A stretch of DNA of 64,000 bases from positions 144,956,001-145,020,000 of the forward strand of contig NC_042997.1 of assembly GCF_006345805.1 (NCBI RefSeq), given 5' to 3'. Position 1 is the stretch's first letter; every line of letters starts with the position of its first letter. The notes under the pieces were generated by a model. The model had not been told where the DNA came from. It did not search any database and was given only the letters and a program-made list of their open reading frames with translations. A program made the position numbers and the translations under genes. Of the stretch, positions 40,210 to 51,772 are shown in pieces. This DNA comes from Octopus sinensis (lineage: Eukaryota).

Positions 40210-40895
40210 CAAAGGTTGGACAAAATAATGGAAACACCTAGCATCATAATTTTGAAATATCTATAAAACTGTAAACTGTTTATAATTTTTATGTTTTTGA
40301 TATATTATTAGTGCTGTTTAATATGTTTTGATAAAATTGCTGTTTCTTTTCTGATATCATCATCAGAAGATAACTAAAATTCATTTAAATGACATGTATC
40401 GGACTTTCAAAGGTTAAATTGTTGTTGCCAAATGAAGCATTTGACCCAGACTGTCTTCTTCCAACTGTTAAACATGGAGAAGGATCTGTGATGATCTGGG
40501 GAGGAGGGCTATATCTTGGAAATCCGCCGGTCCAATGGTTTCCCATTCATCCTATGCTTGCGGAACTGTCTCCGGAGGGAAACGCAATTTTAAGTATGAT
40601 AATGCACCAATTCACACAGCTAAAGTTGTTACTGAATGGCACGAGGAACATTCTAGTGAGGTTGAACATCTTACCCCGCCATCTCAGTTCCCAAATCACA
40701 ATATTATTGAACATTTATGGTGCATTTTAGAAAAACAAGGAAGGACAAAAATTCCTTTGAAAACAATTCATACTTAGTACGAGTTCATACGTCGTAGAAA
40801 TCAAGCTGAAATTACTGCCAAAGGCGGTCCTACCTCATATCAAAATACATTTGCTTGAAATTTTAAGGCGTTTCCATCATTTTGTCCAACCCCTG
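40210..40895 (+). mobile_element. Internally deleted Tc1-family element (686 bp)
   Basis: TIRs C(A/G)..GGTTGGACAAAAT(A/G)ATGGAAAC with TA flanks; LPTVKHGEGSVMIWG, DNAPIH and HNIIEHLW transposase remnants. Confidence 0.9.
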
Positions 40896-40905
40896 TATAT
40901 ATATA

Positions 40906-42596
40906 CTAGCTGGTGTACCCGGTAATTTCCGGGGGATGTTCTATTGAAACGTTTTCTTAATCTGATATAAGAAATTAATTTCGTTATAACTGACACAAAA
41001 GGTGTATTTTCGCCACGAAAAAGTTCAAAAACCTGTCAGCCGGAAGGACAGGTTGTATGTATACAAATATATGAATGAAGTGTTTGAAGAAAGTGCAATA
41101 ATAACGTTCACATTCACTGGTGGTCGCTCTCAGTAACTACCATTACCTTACGGAATTCTTGTTCTTATAACTATCGAAAAGCAGTCAGAATGATAGATAT
41201 ATTGTTGAGAACAAATGATTTCGTTGGAGTTCTGTTATCTCCATTCCAGCCCCTGGTGGCCTAGAAGAGGTTAGAAGGATCAAGTGGCAAATACATTGTT
41301 CTGCTTAGCGAAGGCATCTGCGAAATGTATAACTGCTGTCATTCACAGGCAAACTATTGTTTTACTGTGGGGAAAAGCGCTGTTGAAGTGTTAAGTGAAA
41401 TTTGGCAATCGAGGATCAAATCCACGCTATGCCTGCATGAAGCCACTACAAATACGTTACGGAATAAAAAAATTTATCTACTGTCATGGAAAAAGTTTAC
41501 TTGTAAAAATGCAGAATTGTCGGAGTAATGGGCATTCAAAGAAGTATGTATGTATAGAAAAGTATGAATGAAGTCTTGAATGTCTAATATTCAAATTAAG
41601 AAAGTGTAATAATAATGTTTAGCAATTCAAAACTGTGAGTAGCGAAATGCAGAATTAAGTTGGCTGAACGTGAGAATCAAATATTGATAGTTTCGCTAAA
41701 AATTGCAGGTGGTATAGGTTATTTCCCTTGGGTTGCTTAAATAAAATATTAATATAAAGTAGATAGAAGGATCCATTGGAGGGGCCCTATTATTGATATT
41801 TTTCAACAATCTAAGTATGTCACGAAGTTTCTAGATATGAGTTCTACTCATGTGTCAAATAAAGTATAACAGTGATATTTTCTGCGAAAACTAGAAATTG
41901 GACGCAAAAAATCAATATTCAAAGTAATTGAACATAAACAATGAAATGGGTTATTTTACTTGAGTGCTTAAAAAAATATTTTGCAGGTGCTATGGGTCAT
42001 TTCCCTTGGGTATTAAAAAAGTTAGTTATATGAGGTAGATATAAAGGTCCCTTCCAGGGCCCGTTTTATCGATTTTTTAAACAATCTAAGTATGTCACGA
42101 GGTTTCCAGACATGAGTTCTACTCACATGCCAAGTTTCATCAAAATCAATACAATGATGTAGGAGGAGTTAGCTAACAACGCCACAAACAAACACACACC
42201 GATTTTCCACATATGGAGTATATATATATATATATAATATATATATATTATATATATATATATTATATATGTGTGTGTGTGTGTGGTGTGTGTGTGTGTG
42301 TGTTGTGTGTGTGTGTGTGATGCATACATATATATATATTATATATATATATATATATATATTATATGCATATATATATTATATATATATATATATGCAT
42401 ATATACATATATATACATATATATATGTATATACATACATACATACATACATACATATACGCACGTACATATGTAATGTAAATCAAAGGAGTAAATAGTA
42501 GGTTTTGAAAATGGGTAAAAATATTGTCGACCTATAGAAAACAGCATTACGTCGCGTTTTAAATAGATGAATGAATATATTCTCCACTAATGAAGA
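40906..42596 (-). mobile_element. Non-autonomous Helitron (about 1.69 kb)
   Basis: Minus strand begins A^TC and ends CCCGG-AAATTA-CCGGG hairpin, 8 nt, CTAG^T; internal microsatellite and an about 280-bp direct duplication (about 41700-41880 and 41985-42135). Confidence 0.75.
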
Positions 42597-42629
42597 TTAA
42601 TCATCAAGTATTTGAAGTAACAATTTTAA

Positions 42630-42860
42630 AATATCACATCAAATCCTGAAGAGGAAGATACAGAGTCATTCTATAAAAAATCAGGAGCAACGCAAAGCAG
42701 TTTAAGTAGGAAGTAGGGCAGCTACAAGAAATCCACTGTAAATATTTTCTGTGTATTAAACCTAAAGCATAACATAAATAGTAAGGCCCATGAAACTGTG
42801 ATCCAAAAATTTGGGGGTTGCCACGTACTGGGAAGAGATTTGGTTGTTGAAAACGGGTAG
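42630..42860 (+). pseudogene. Possible decayed RTE-type APE fragment
   Basis: TSNPEEEDTESFY and ETVIQKFG resemble the APE YAPT..EEE.E.FY and GKFG segments. Confidence 0.35.
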
Positions 42861-43400
42861 AAGAATCTGAATTTTTATTGGTCAACTTTTATTTACTTTT
42901 ACCAGCAGGGCCCTCAATGTTGGTATAAATATACCAAGCTGGGTAGCATTGGTAGAACCAAATCTGATACCCCAAAACAATGTGATTTGTCTGGTAGAAA
43001 GAAACAACGGCTAGTTGCTTACTAGAATTTTAGGGTGTAATGTCTTTATCAAGACTGCAGTACAATACAAGCAAAACCGACAATAATTTGGGCCAGAGAA
43101 GAGAATCTACGCACAGCATCTGAAATAAGTTACCCATTACACTAACGCCTCGATATACGAGTTAATTTATTCCCGGAGACCGCTCGTAAAACGAAAACTT
43201 ATAAAGCAGAGCAATACTTTCCTATAGTGGCAATGTTATATAGCGTAATTCGTTCCCAGAAAAATATTTTACCTATGAAATTATAATACTTGTAAATAAA
43301 TGGCAATAAAACAACAGTAGAATGTAAAGAATATTTTATGTAAAGTAAAAGAAATGTCAAGATCATTTAGGAGTGATTGTGTGGTAAGTAGCTTGCTTAC

Positions 43401-45657
43401 AGGTTGATTCTGCGCATGTGCAAGTCAGTGTTGTGCTTGACACCGAAGATGTAAGACGTGTTTTTGAAAGCCGTCTTAAATTGAAGACTTTTGAATACTC
43501 AGCCGTAAGGTAAGAATTTTGGGGGTCTAGTGGGGACCTGTTGTATGTTGCAAATTATTTTTACAAGCAACAAGTCCCCACTAGGCTCTAGTCTGCCGGA
43601 GGCTGAGTGAAAATATTATTCACTTAATTGTGAAAATTATTGGTTTGGTAGGCGTATCCTGCCAAACTTTTGTTTGAAAATAGTGTTGTTCCTGTTAAGG
43701 AATACCTAGTAGAAATTTGGAATGTTTTTTAACTGTTTTACAGTTGTGTTAAATTTTGGCCGTAACAGTGAATTAAGAATTTTTGTTCGAGAATTCTTCT
43801 TGTGAATTCTAGTGGGCGTATCTCGCCAAAAAAAATAAATAAGAATAAGCCATTTGGATTACCTTTTTGGAGTATTATACAAAGGATTCCCTGCCTGTGC
43901 TATTTGTGAGATTTTTCTTTTACTTTTCCTTTCTTCTATTCTTTCTTTCTTTCTAAAAAATTTTGGTTCATTCTTTTCATTACTTTAATTTCAGTTTCCT
44001 CCCCCTCCCTTTATTTTGTTTTATTTTTATTGGGTTTAATTTTTTGGCAGACTGTCTTTTGAACTACTTTTGAACTGTTTTTTGACATGGCAGAGAAGGA
44101 ACTTATAAAGAAAAACTCTGTCTTAGAGTGGGAAATTAACCCGCCTAAGCAATGGTTAAAAGATATGGAAGAGAAGACGATGGTACTTAGAACATATTCT
44201 AAAGTTCTTAATTCCATCACCGTCTTCCCAAAACAAGTCATAAAAAATGAACTTGAAGAACATTTGTCCTCTGTAAAATATATATCCCGTGGTGTCAAAC
44301 ATGCAACCGTATGGTTGCTGTTTGACAACGGGGAAAAAGCTCGCCAGTTTGCGAGTCAGCCTTTAGAAGGCAAGGAAATCCTGTTTCTCCCGTCATATTG
44401 TGGAAGAAAATTAATACGAGCCTGGATATGTGGGCTCCCCCCGTGCACCGAAGCGGATTGGATTGAAGATACCATCCGACGGGGACTGGGAGATGGCGGG
44501 CCCAGGCTCTTAAATGTAAGAGTATTGCCGGCGGTCGATTGGGAAAGGTCAAAAGCGATTTTGACCCTGTGGACCCCATCGGCCGCAACAGAACTGGTTT
44601 TTCCAGATTTCTTGAAAATGGCTGGCTGCAGGTATCCGGTGATACTTGAGGGACGTCCCCCAAAGTGTCACTAGTGCCTGCAGCCAGGCCACATTAAAAG
44701 GAACTGCCCCCAGGACCATGGTAAGGTCCTGGAACAGTCACCAGATGCCACCTCCCCTACCCGGTTAAAGGGAGAGGTGGATGTGGTCGAGGAGGCTTCA
44801 GCCTCCTCAACTCAAAAAGGATTAAAAAGGAAGATTAAAAAGAACAATAGTTGCCCGCCGAAGGAACCTAAGGCTTCGGGAGGCGGGGGGAGAGTCTCCG
44901 GACAAAGCGGAAGGGCTCCACTTTCCCGAAGCCAGGAAAAAAAGAAAAAAAAGAAAGAAGAAGAACGAGTCATCTCAGCAGGGAGACTGCATGTCCCGAA
45001 GTTGTGCCACCCACAATGGAAGAAACCACCCCCACCCTTAAAGATGATCAATTAATTATCTTTTTCTACAAGGGCGGGGAGGTGGAAATAGTAGAAGAAC
45101 TTAAAGAAACAGTAGATATTCCCTTCACACGGGATCCCGAATGGCCTCCGCAGATAGCTGTGGAGGTCATAAGGTTTCCTTTGTGGGGAAGGCTTAAAGG
45201 ATTTGGGGAGGAGTGTCGCATATGGCCGGGTGGCCATTACACGACTTACATGTCCTACATGAGTGAGGCAGGGGAAATGGCGGGATACAGGAACTCAAGC
45301 GGCATTGAAGATAATGATGAATATATCGAAGAGTAGGAGGTGAAAGACCCTCGTTACAGAGTTTGAAACCTCACTTTATTGGACTATTTTGTAGTGGTTT
45401 ATAACCTCAATTTTGTGTTTTAAGAAAGAAAAAAGAAAATATGTTAAGTAAGAGGTTTTAGTGCCTCCTCCTTGTAAAAGGTTCGAAACCTTATATTGAT
45501 TTAAAAAAAAAAAGAAAATATGTTTTCGAGAAAAATCCAATCGGCGGGTGTTGGGTTTCGTCTCTCATTTATTCATTATAATTCATTTTCATTCATTGAT
45601 GTGTTTGTCCAGCCCGCAAAGCTCTTTGTACTGTTTATATGACAAATTTATGAAATA
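43401..45657 (+). mobile_element. ORF1-only non-LTR-like retroelement (HAL1-like; L1/Tx1-type ORF1)
   Basis: 15-bp TSD AAGTAGCTTGCTTAC (43386-43400 and 45658-45672); ends ...ATGAAATA(AA); single ORF1-like coding region; no APE or RT motifs seen. Confidence 0.75.
44087..45336 (+). pseudogene. ORF1/gag-like protein with a CCHC zinc knuckle (one in-frame stop, probable frameshift)
   Basis: 44087-45055 is one frame broken only by TAG at 44672 inside GRPPKCH*CLQPGHIKRNCP (CX2CX4HX4C); preceded by FPDFLKMAGCRYPVILEG as in L1/Tx1 ORF1; 45004-45336 continues in another frame. Confidence 0.7.
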
Positions 45658-47032
45658 AAGTAGCTTGCTTACCAACCACATGGTTCTGGGTTCAGTTCCA
45701 CTGCGTGGCACCTTCTTCTATAGCCTTGGGCCGACCAAAGCCTTGTGAATGGATTTGGTAGACGGAAATTGAAAGAAGCCCATCGTATATATATATATAT
45801 ATATATATATGTAAATATATGCGTGTAATTGTATATATGTGTGTGTGTGTGTGTATGTTTGTCCCCTCCCCCAACCGATGCTGGCTTGTTTACGTCCCCG
45901 TAAATCAGCGGTTCGGCAAAAGAGACCGATAGAATAAGTACTAGGCTTACAAAGAACAATTCCTGGGGTCGATTTGCTCAACTAAAGGCGGTGCTTCAGC
46001 ATGGCCGCAGTCAAATGAATGAAACAAGTAAAAGAATAAAAGAATATCGTTTTCTGAATCACTTTCACTAGCACTAGACTCGCGCACACCAGCACTTGTA
46101 GACGCGATCGCCGATTCCCAAGCACTCGTAGACGGACTTGTAGATTTCTTTTTAAAAAGCAAGCCTAGAATTGTATGCCAAGAAGCTTTTTTATTTTTCT
46201 CTCTCTATAAATTTCTCGGCAACTCGCTGAAGCATTTGATATGGTAATAGAAACGTTTGCACTTCATTCAAAATTTGGATCTTATGCATGAAAAATAAAA
46301 CTCGTAACTCGGAATCTCGTAAAGCGTGTCCTCGTAAAGTGGTGTATTACTGTATATACCAGCATAATGTTAAATATCTGAGACAAAGACAAGATCTATG
46401 CTGAGTTTATGAAAAATCTGCTGGTACACCATCCGCTCTATAACTTTTGTACTAATAATTATGACTATGTGACTGACAGCCTCAATACCAATTTTGACAA
46501 GCTTCTCAAAACCAGAAAGAACATGCTTAATCGGAAGATTACAGCTACAAGCTGCCTAAGTTACTGTCAAAATAGGTAAAACATTTATGACGTTTAGAAA
46601 GTAATAAGATTTACATATGTAATGACATCCATGCTTGTGCGCATGCGTACTTGTGCACATATATATATTAATGCGTACATGCATTCATGTCCGAATACTT
46701 ATACACACATACACACGCACACGCGCACGCACTTTGCTGTTGCACTGCATCGACCAGACTATCGAATGTTGTTACATACCGCTGGTCACAATATACTTTC
46801 CCACATTGTTGTAGCTTTCGAATGATGCTATCCTTCTGTTTAAGTAGACAGGCCAACATTCGTCTTGAACGGAGCGCTAGGTAGTCTCAGACCAAGCCAT
46901 TTACAGCCAAGTGAACTGGATTAACGTGTAATGAAAGTGTTTTGCTCAAAAACACAACGTATTGCCAGTCTGGGAATCGAAACCTAATCTTGCGATTGTG
47001 AATACGTCACTTTAATCTTTAGGGCGTACACC

Positions 47033-47067
<35 letters not shown>

Positions 47068-47162
47068 CTATAATAAAGGTGGCATGTTCGCAATTTTACA
47101 ACCGAAATACAGAAATATATATATATATCTCCAAAGTGGTTGAGGGCACTAGTCAGCACTAT

Positions 47163-47358
47163 TATTTATTTCTTTATTGCCCACAGGGGGTTAAACATAG
47201 AGGGAACAAACAAAGGGATTACGTCGATTGCATCGATCCCAGTGTGTAACTGGTACTTATTTAATCGACCCGGAAAGGATGAAAGGCATAGTCGACCTCG
47301 GCGGAAATACCGCTAAGCATTTCACCCAGCGTGCTAATGATTCTGCCAGCTCGCCGTG
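47163..47358 (-). mobile_element. Family A SINE with an internal deletion
   Basis: Homologous to 1969-2190. Confidence 0.8.
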
Positions 47359-47690
47359 AAAGAAATAACAGCTGATAGTCACAAAAACACAAGTACAGCT
47401 GGTAGTCACAAAAAGCACAAGGAAGGTAGGCAAGCTTCCTCAGCGCGTAGGCATAGCCAGATCACAGTGATTTTGTATTTTTTTAATTAATGCTTGTCAA
47501 TGACTCTCACCTAGCGCCCTGGATTAAACTCAACTTACCTTGCCAGTTTATTAGATTATCGTAGAAATCATAGGCTGACTTCCTAAATGGTACAAGTGAA
47601 AATTATATAAATAATTAGGGTAGTTCGCAATTTTACATGCGAAAGGCAGAAATATATACGCCGCGAAATTGACTCAGGGCACTATATATT

Positions 47691-48950
47691 TTGGGTTGTC
47701 CGGAAAGTTCGTGCCGATTTATAGTAGCTTACCTTTCGACCTATTTTAGAACATGGTTGAGTCCATAAAATAGGATTTGACTACACCTTCATTTAGAGCA
47801 CAGTTTAAGCTATCTTTTCGTGGAAGAAGGTTTATGTTCCTATAACCTGTGTTAATTCTGTAACTCTTTAAGATGGAAGATAAGAAAGTTCATTTTCGGC
47901 ACTTGATGCTTTTCTTTTTCCGTAAAGGGAAAAATGCCTCACAAGCAACCAAAGAAATATGCGCAGTTTGCGGTGATGTTTCTTTATCCGAAAGAACTGT
48001 ATGGAAGTGGTTCGCAAGGTTCCGAGCAGGAGATTGTAGCCTTATTGATAAAGAGCGATCAGGCAGACTATCCACTACAGATGATGACCAAATCAAGTCA
48101 TTAATTGAGAATAACCCACATTGCACAAGCCGAGAATTGGCAGAAAGCCTCAACCTATGAAAATCCGTCGTTCATGAGCACCTGGTAAAGCTTGGGTACA
48201 CAAATCGCTACGATGTTTGGCTACCACATGAGTTGAGTGAGAAGAACCTTTTGGATCGCATTTCCATCTGTTATTCGCTTTATAAACGAATCAAATTGTG
48301 ACAGGTGATGAGAAATGGATTATCTACCGAAATGTTCAGAGAAAGCCATCCTGGAGTAAGCGACATGAGCTACCCTTAGCCACCCCAAAAGCGGGTCTTC
48401 ACCCTAAAAAAATTTTGATTTGTGCCTGGTGGGATTGGAAAGGAATTCTGTGCGATGAGCTTCTCCTAAGTAACCAGACAATTAATTCTGATAAATACTG
48501 CACACAACTGGACGATTTAAAAGCAGTAATTCAAGAGAAACGTCCAGAATGGCCAACAGGAAGGGTGTTGTTTTCCAACATGATAATGCAAGTCCGCGCG
48601 TTTCTTTGGGAACCAAACAAAAATTGCTGCAGCTCGGCTGGGATGTGTTACTCCACCCTCCATATTCACCAGATATTGCTCCTTCGGATTTCCACTTATT
48701 CAGGTCTCTGCAGAATAGTCTTAATGGTAACAATTTCAATTCCTTGGATGACGTAAAAGATACCTTAATGAATTCTTTGCTATGAAACCACCTCAATTCT
48801 GGGAAGAGGGTATTTTCAAGTTAAAGGAAAGATGGAGACGCATTGTGCAACAAACTGGTTCATATTTGGTTGATTAAAAATATAATGGCAAGTATTTATT
48901 GACCTTTTTCTTTTTTTAAAAAATCGGCACGAACTTTCCGGAAAACCCAA
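47691..48950 (+). mobile_element. Full-length mariner (DD34D) transposon with inactivated transposase (47873-about 48875)
   Basis: 30-bp TIRs TTGGGTT(G/T)TCCGGAAAGTTCGTGCCGATTT, 1 mismatch; WLPHEL, TGDEKW, QHDNA, YSPDIAPSDF; one stop plus frameshifts. Confidence 0.95.
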
Positions 48951-49249
48951 TATATAGCAGAAGGATTATTGCAGCTGAACGTTGCCCGAGGGATGCATGG
49001 ATCATTTCCTATAGGCAATCCTATCCGGGTTATTTTTCCAGTGTGCCCTATACTTGTAAATATACTTGAATCTTTACCATTTTTAGTTATACATATACAT
49101 GGTTCGCATGCTTACACACGTGCGCGCACAATCGCCCACACAACCACATACACGTCCTTTGGTTTTTCAACATATTAACACACGTGCACAAATAAATTAA
49201 AACAAAGTTGAATATACACAAGTAACGGTTTTCTTAATTAATTACATTA

Positions 49250-49640
49250 GAATGCACAAGAGCACATAACTGAATTTGACGCGGTGTCTACCAATGATAT
49301 ATCAACACATTGGAATGTAGTTCCTTTTTCTATCAAGTTCTGAACCTGACGAAATGTTCAATTAACTATAATTCAATATAAATCTTTAATTTGATTTTTC
49401 TAATTTGAATTAATTGTCTGGATATGGAATCAATTGTAGGTTCTATGAGTTTCATATTGTTCAAAATTGGGTTTGTTTCAATAAATTGATGTCTACATGT
49501 CAATTTCTCCGTTTTCTTCTTTTTCTAATACAAATATGCTAATATACCTATATCCATTGTTGTGAAGCTAACATCTTTTAGTATTTCATTGATACACTGG
49601 ATAAAACCGAGGAACTTGGATGCTGACATCCCTTTAAGAA
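49250..49640 (-). pseudogene. Possible heavily decayed PLE RT fragment
   Basis: KGCQHPSSSVLSSVSMKY, N*FHIQ and TFQCVDISL loosely follow the PLE RT order GxPMGSPLS..LAN.YMEY / NSFH / PFLDV. Confidence 0.3.
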
Positions 49641-49653
49641 GTATAAAGTCTTG

Positions 49654-49699
<46 letters not shown>

Positions 49700-49838
49700 C
49701 ATATATATATATATATACAAATTGAGATATATGTATAGGAGTGTGAGTATATACACTCATATGTATATATATATGTTGTATTGTGGGTACGCACCCACAC
49801 CCATGTGGGTATATGTGTAGACTGTGTTATATTACATA

Positions 49839-49965
49839 ATCTCCGAAGAGGCCTCGTGATATTTTTGTTAATGTCTCATTTATATCTATATACTGACAAA
49901 CCATAAAGGGCTAATATTGGTAAAATGAGACATAATTATCGACATGGCCGAAACAGCTGTAAGAT
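49839..49965 (+). ncRNA. Type I hammerhead motif with extended stem II and variant core CCGAAGA
   Basis: ATCT-CCGAAGA-GGCC-[92 nt including an 11-bp stem ATGTCTCATTT/AAATGAGACAT]-GGCC-GAAA-CAGCTG-TA-AGAT. Confidence 0.7.
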
Positions 49966-50251
49966 CTAATGTATGCTTATATTTATATTTACTTGTATTT
50001 ATATTCTTTTTTATATATATTCTAATTATTATACAACATTACTCTTTTATGTACACTTTTTTATGTACACTTTTTTATGTACATTCCTTTATGTACACTG
50101 ATTTGTTCTGCTTTTTATATTTAACCCTACAGTCTCTTATGTGGTGGTTTAATAAAGTATGTGATTGAGTATTATCTGGTAATTGATATTTGATTTAGAT
50201 GTATTTCTCCATTTTCTTATCTTGTAATATATATATATATATATATATCAG

Positions 50252-51737
50252 AAAAGGTTTGAAAATGCAATTAAAAAACGATGTTTATTTACTTAACCGG
50301 TTTCACTCTTTGGTAAAAGATTGTCAAAAGTAACATTTAAGGAAACATTGAATAATATGGGTTCAAAAAAAGTTTTTTACATAATTGTCACATTGAATAT
50401 TATGCATTCAAAAAAGTTTTTTACATAATTGTCACATTGGATATTATGAATTCAAAAATGTTTTTTTATACATAATTGTCACATTACATGTATAAATATA
50501 GTGTTTGGTAACGAGAGTTCAATAGTGTGATGAGAATATTTGGGATAATTTGGCAGAAAAGGATAAAACAAATATATTATTGGGAATTGGTTGCGTTAAT
50601 TATTGGTTGTCGCAAATTGTCACATTACATGTATATATACAGTCTTTGGTATATATATACAGCCTTTTGACAGCAAAATTAAAATGGATTTTTTATACAT
50701 CTCAGAATATTTTAAGTTCAAGGCGAGAATATTTTTTACTGACCTGTCGGTATTAGCAGAAAGGCTGAACTGAGAGAAAAGAAGAAGTAGCCAATTGGTG
50801 TATACTTCCCCTTTATGCATGAATGATTTTGGGGTTATCAGGAGGTTAGTATGCGGGTGTGAAAGATGTGTCCGTGCCTGCTGGTCAGATAGCGTCTGTT
50901 TGTCACACACATATATATACCACACACACACACAACAACACACACGCACCACACCACCACACATAGTATACAAACACACACCACATACAAACAACAACAC
51001 ACACACACACAGAACACACACACACCCACACACAACGCACCACTATATCACATATACACACAGCACACAAATATAACATGTATCTATATATATATACACA
51101 GATATATAACACACATACACACACAACACACACACACACACACAACACAACACACGCACACATACATAATATAAATATCACACATACACCTAGCATATAT
51201 ATACACATACAATACACACATACAGCATGTAAATAATACACATACACAATATATGCATGCAATATACATACGCAATACATACATATAATATATATATATA
51301 TAGACAATGCATATACATAATACATATATACATAAAATAGTGTTTACATACACATACATAGATGTACACATATACACACAATACACATACATACAATGCA
51401 TACACATACACGTACGCACACATATAATATATATATACACACACACACATAAACATGCAAATAAATATACACACACACACATACACACACACATATATAT
51501 ACATATATATACATATATATATACACACACATACACACATACATACATGCACATACATATATTTTTTCACACACATACACACACATATATATATATATAA
51601 AAAATTCACACACACACACACCCACACACACAAATTACAAACCTATAGCGTACACACTCAAATATATCTCTACATACCGCACACACACACAAACAAAGTA
51701 CTAACATATACACACATACCATGCATATACACACACA

Positions 51738-51772
<35 letters not shown>

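Larger units (their letters stand above)
43369..46046 (+). mobile_element. Family B SINE inserted in the MITE and itself split (43369-43400 and 45658-46046)
   Basis: Head GGAGTGATTGTGTGGTAAGTAGCTTGCTTAC continues as CAACCACATGGTTC... after the insert; full tail present. Confidence 0.85.
43140..46352. mobile_element. pogo/Tigger-like MITE (same family as 5146-5651) split by nested insertions
   Basis: Left part 43140-43368 and right part 46047-46352 rejoin when compared with the intact copy; TA flanks. Confidence 0.8.
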
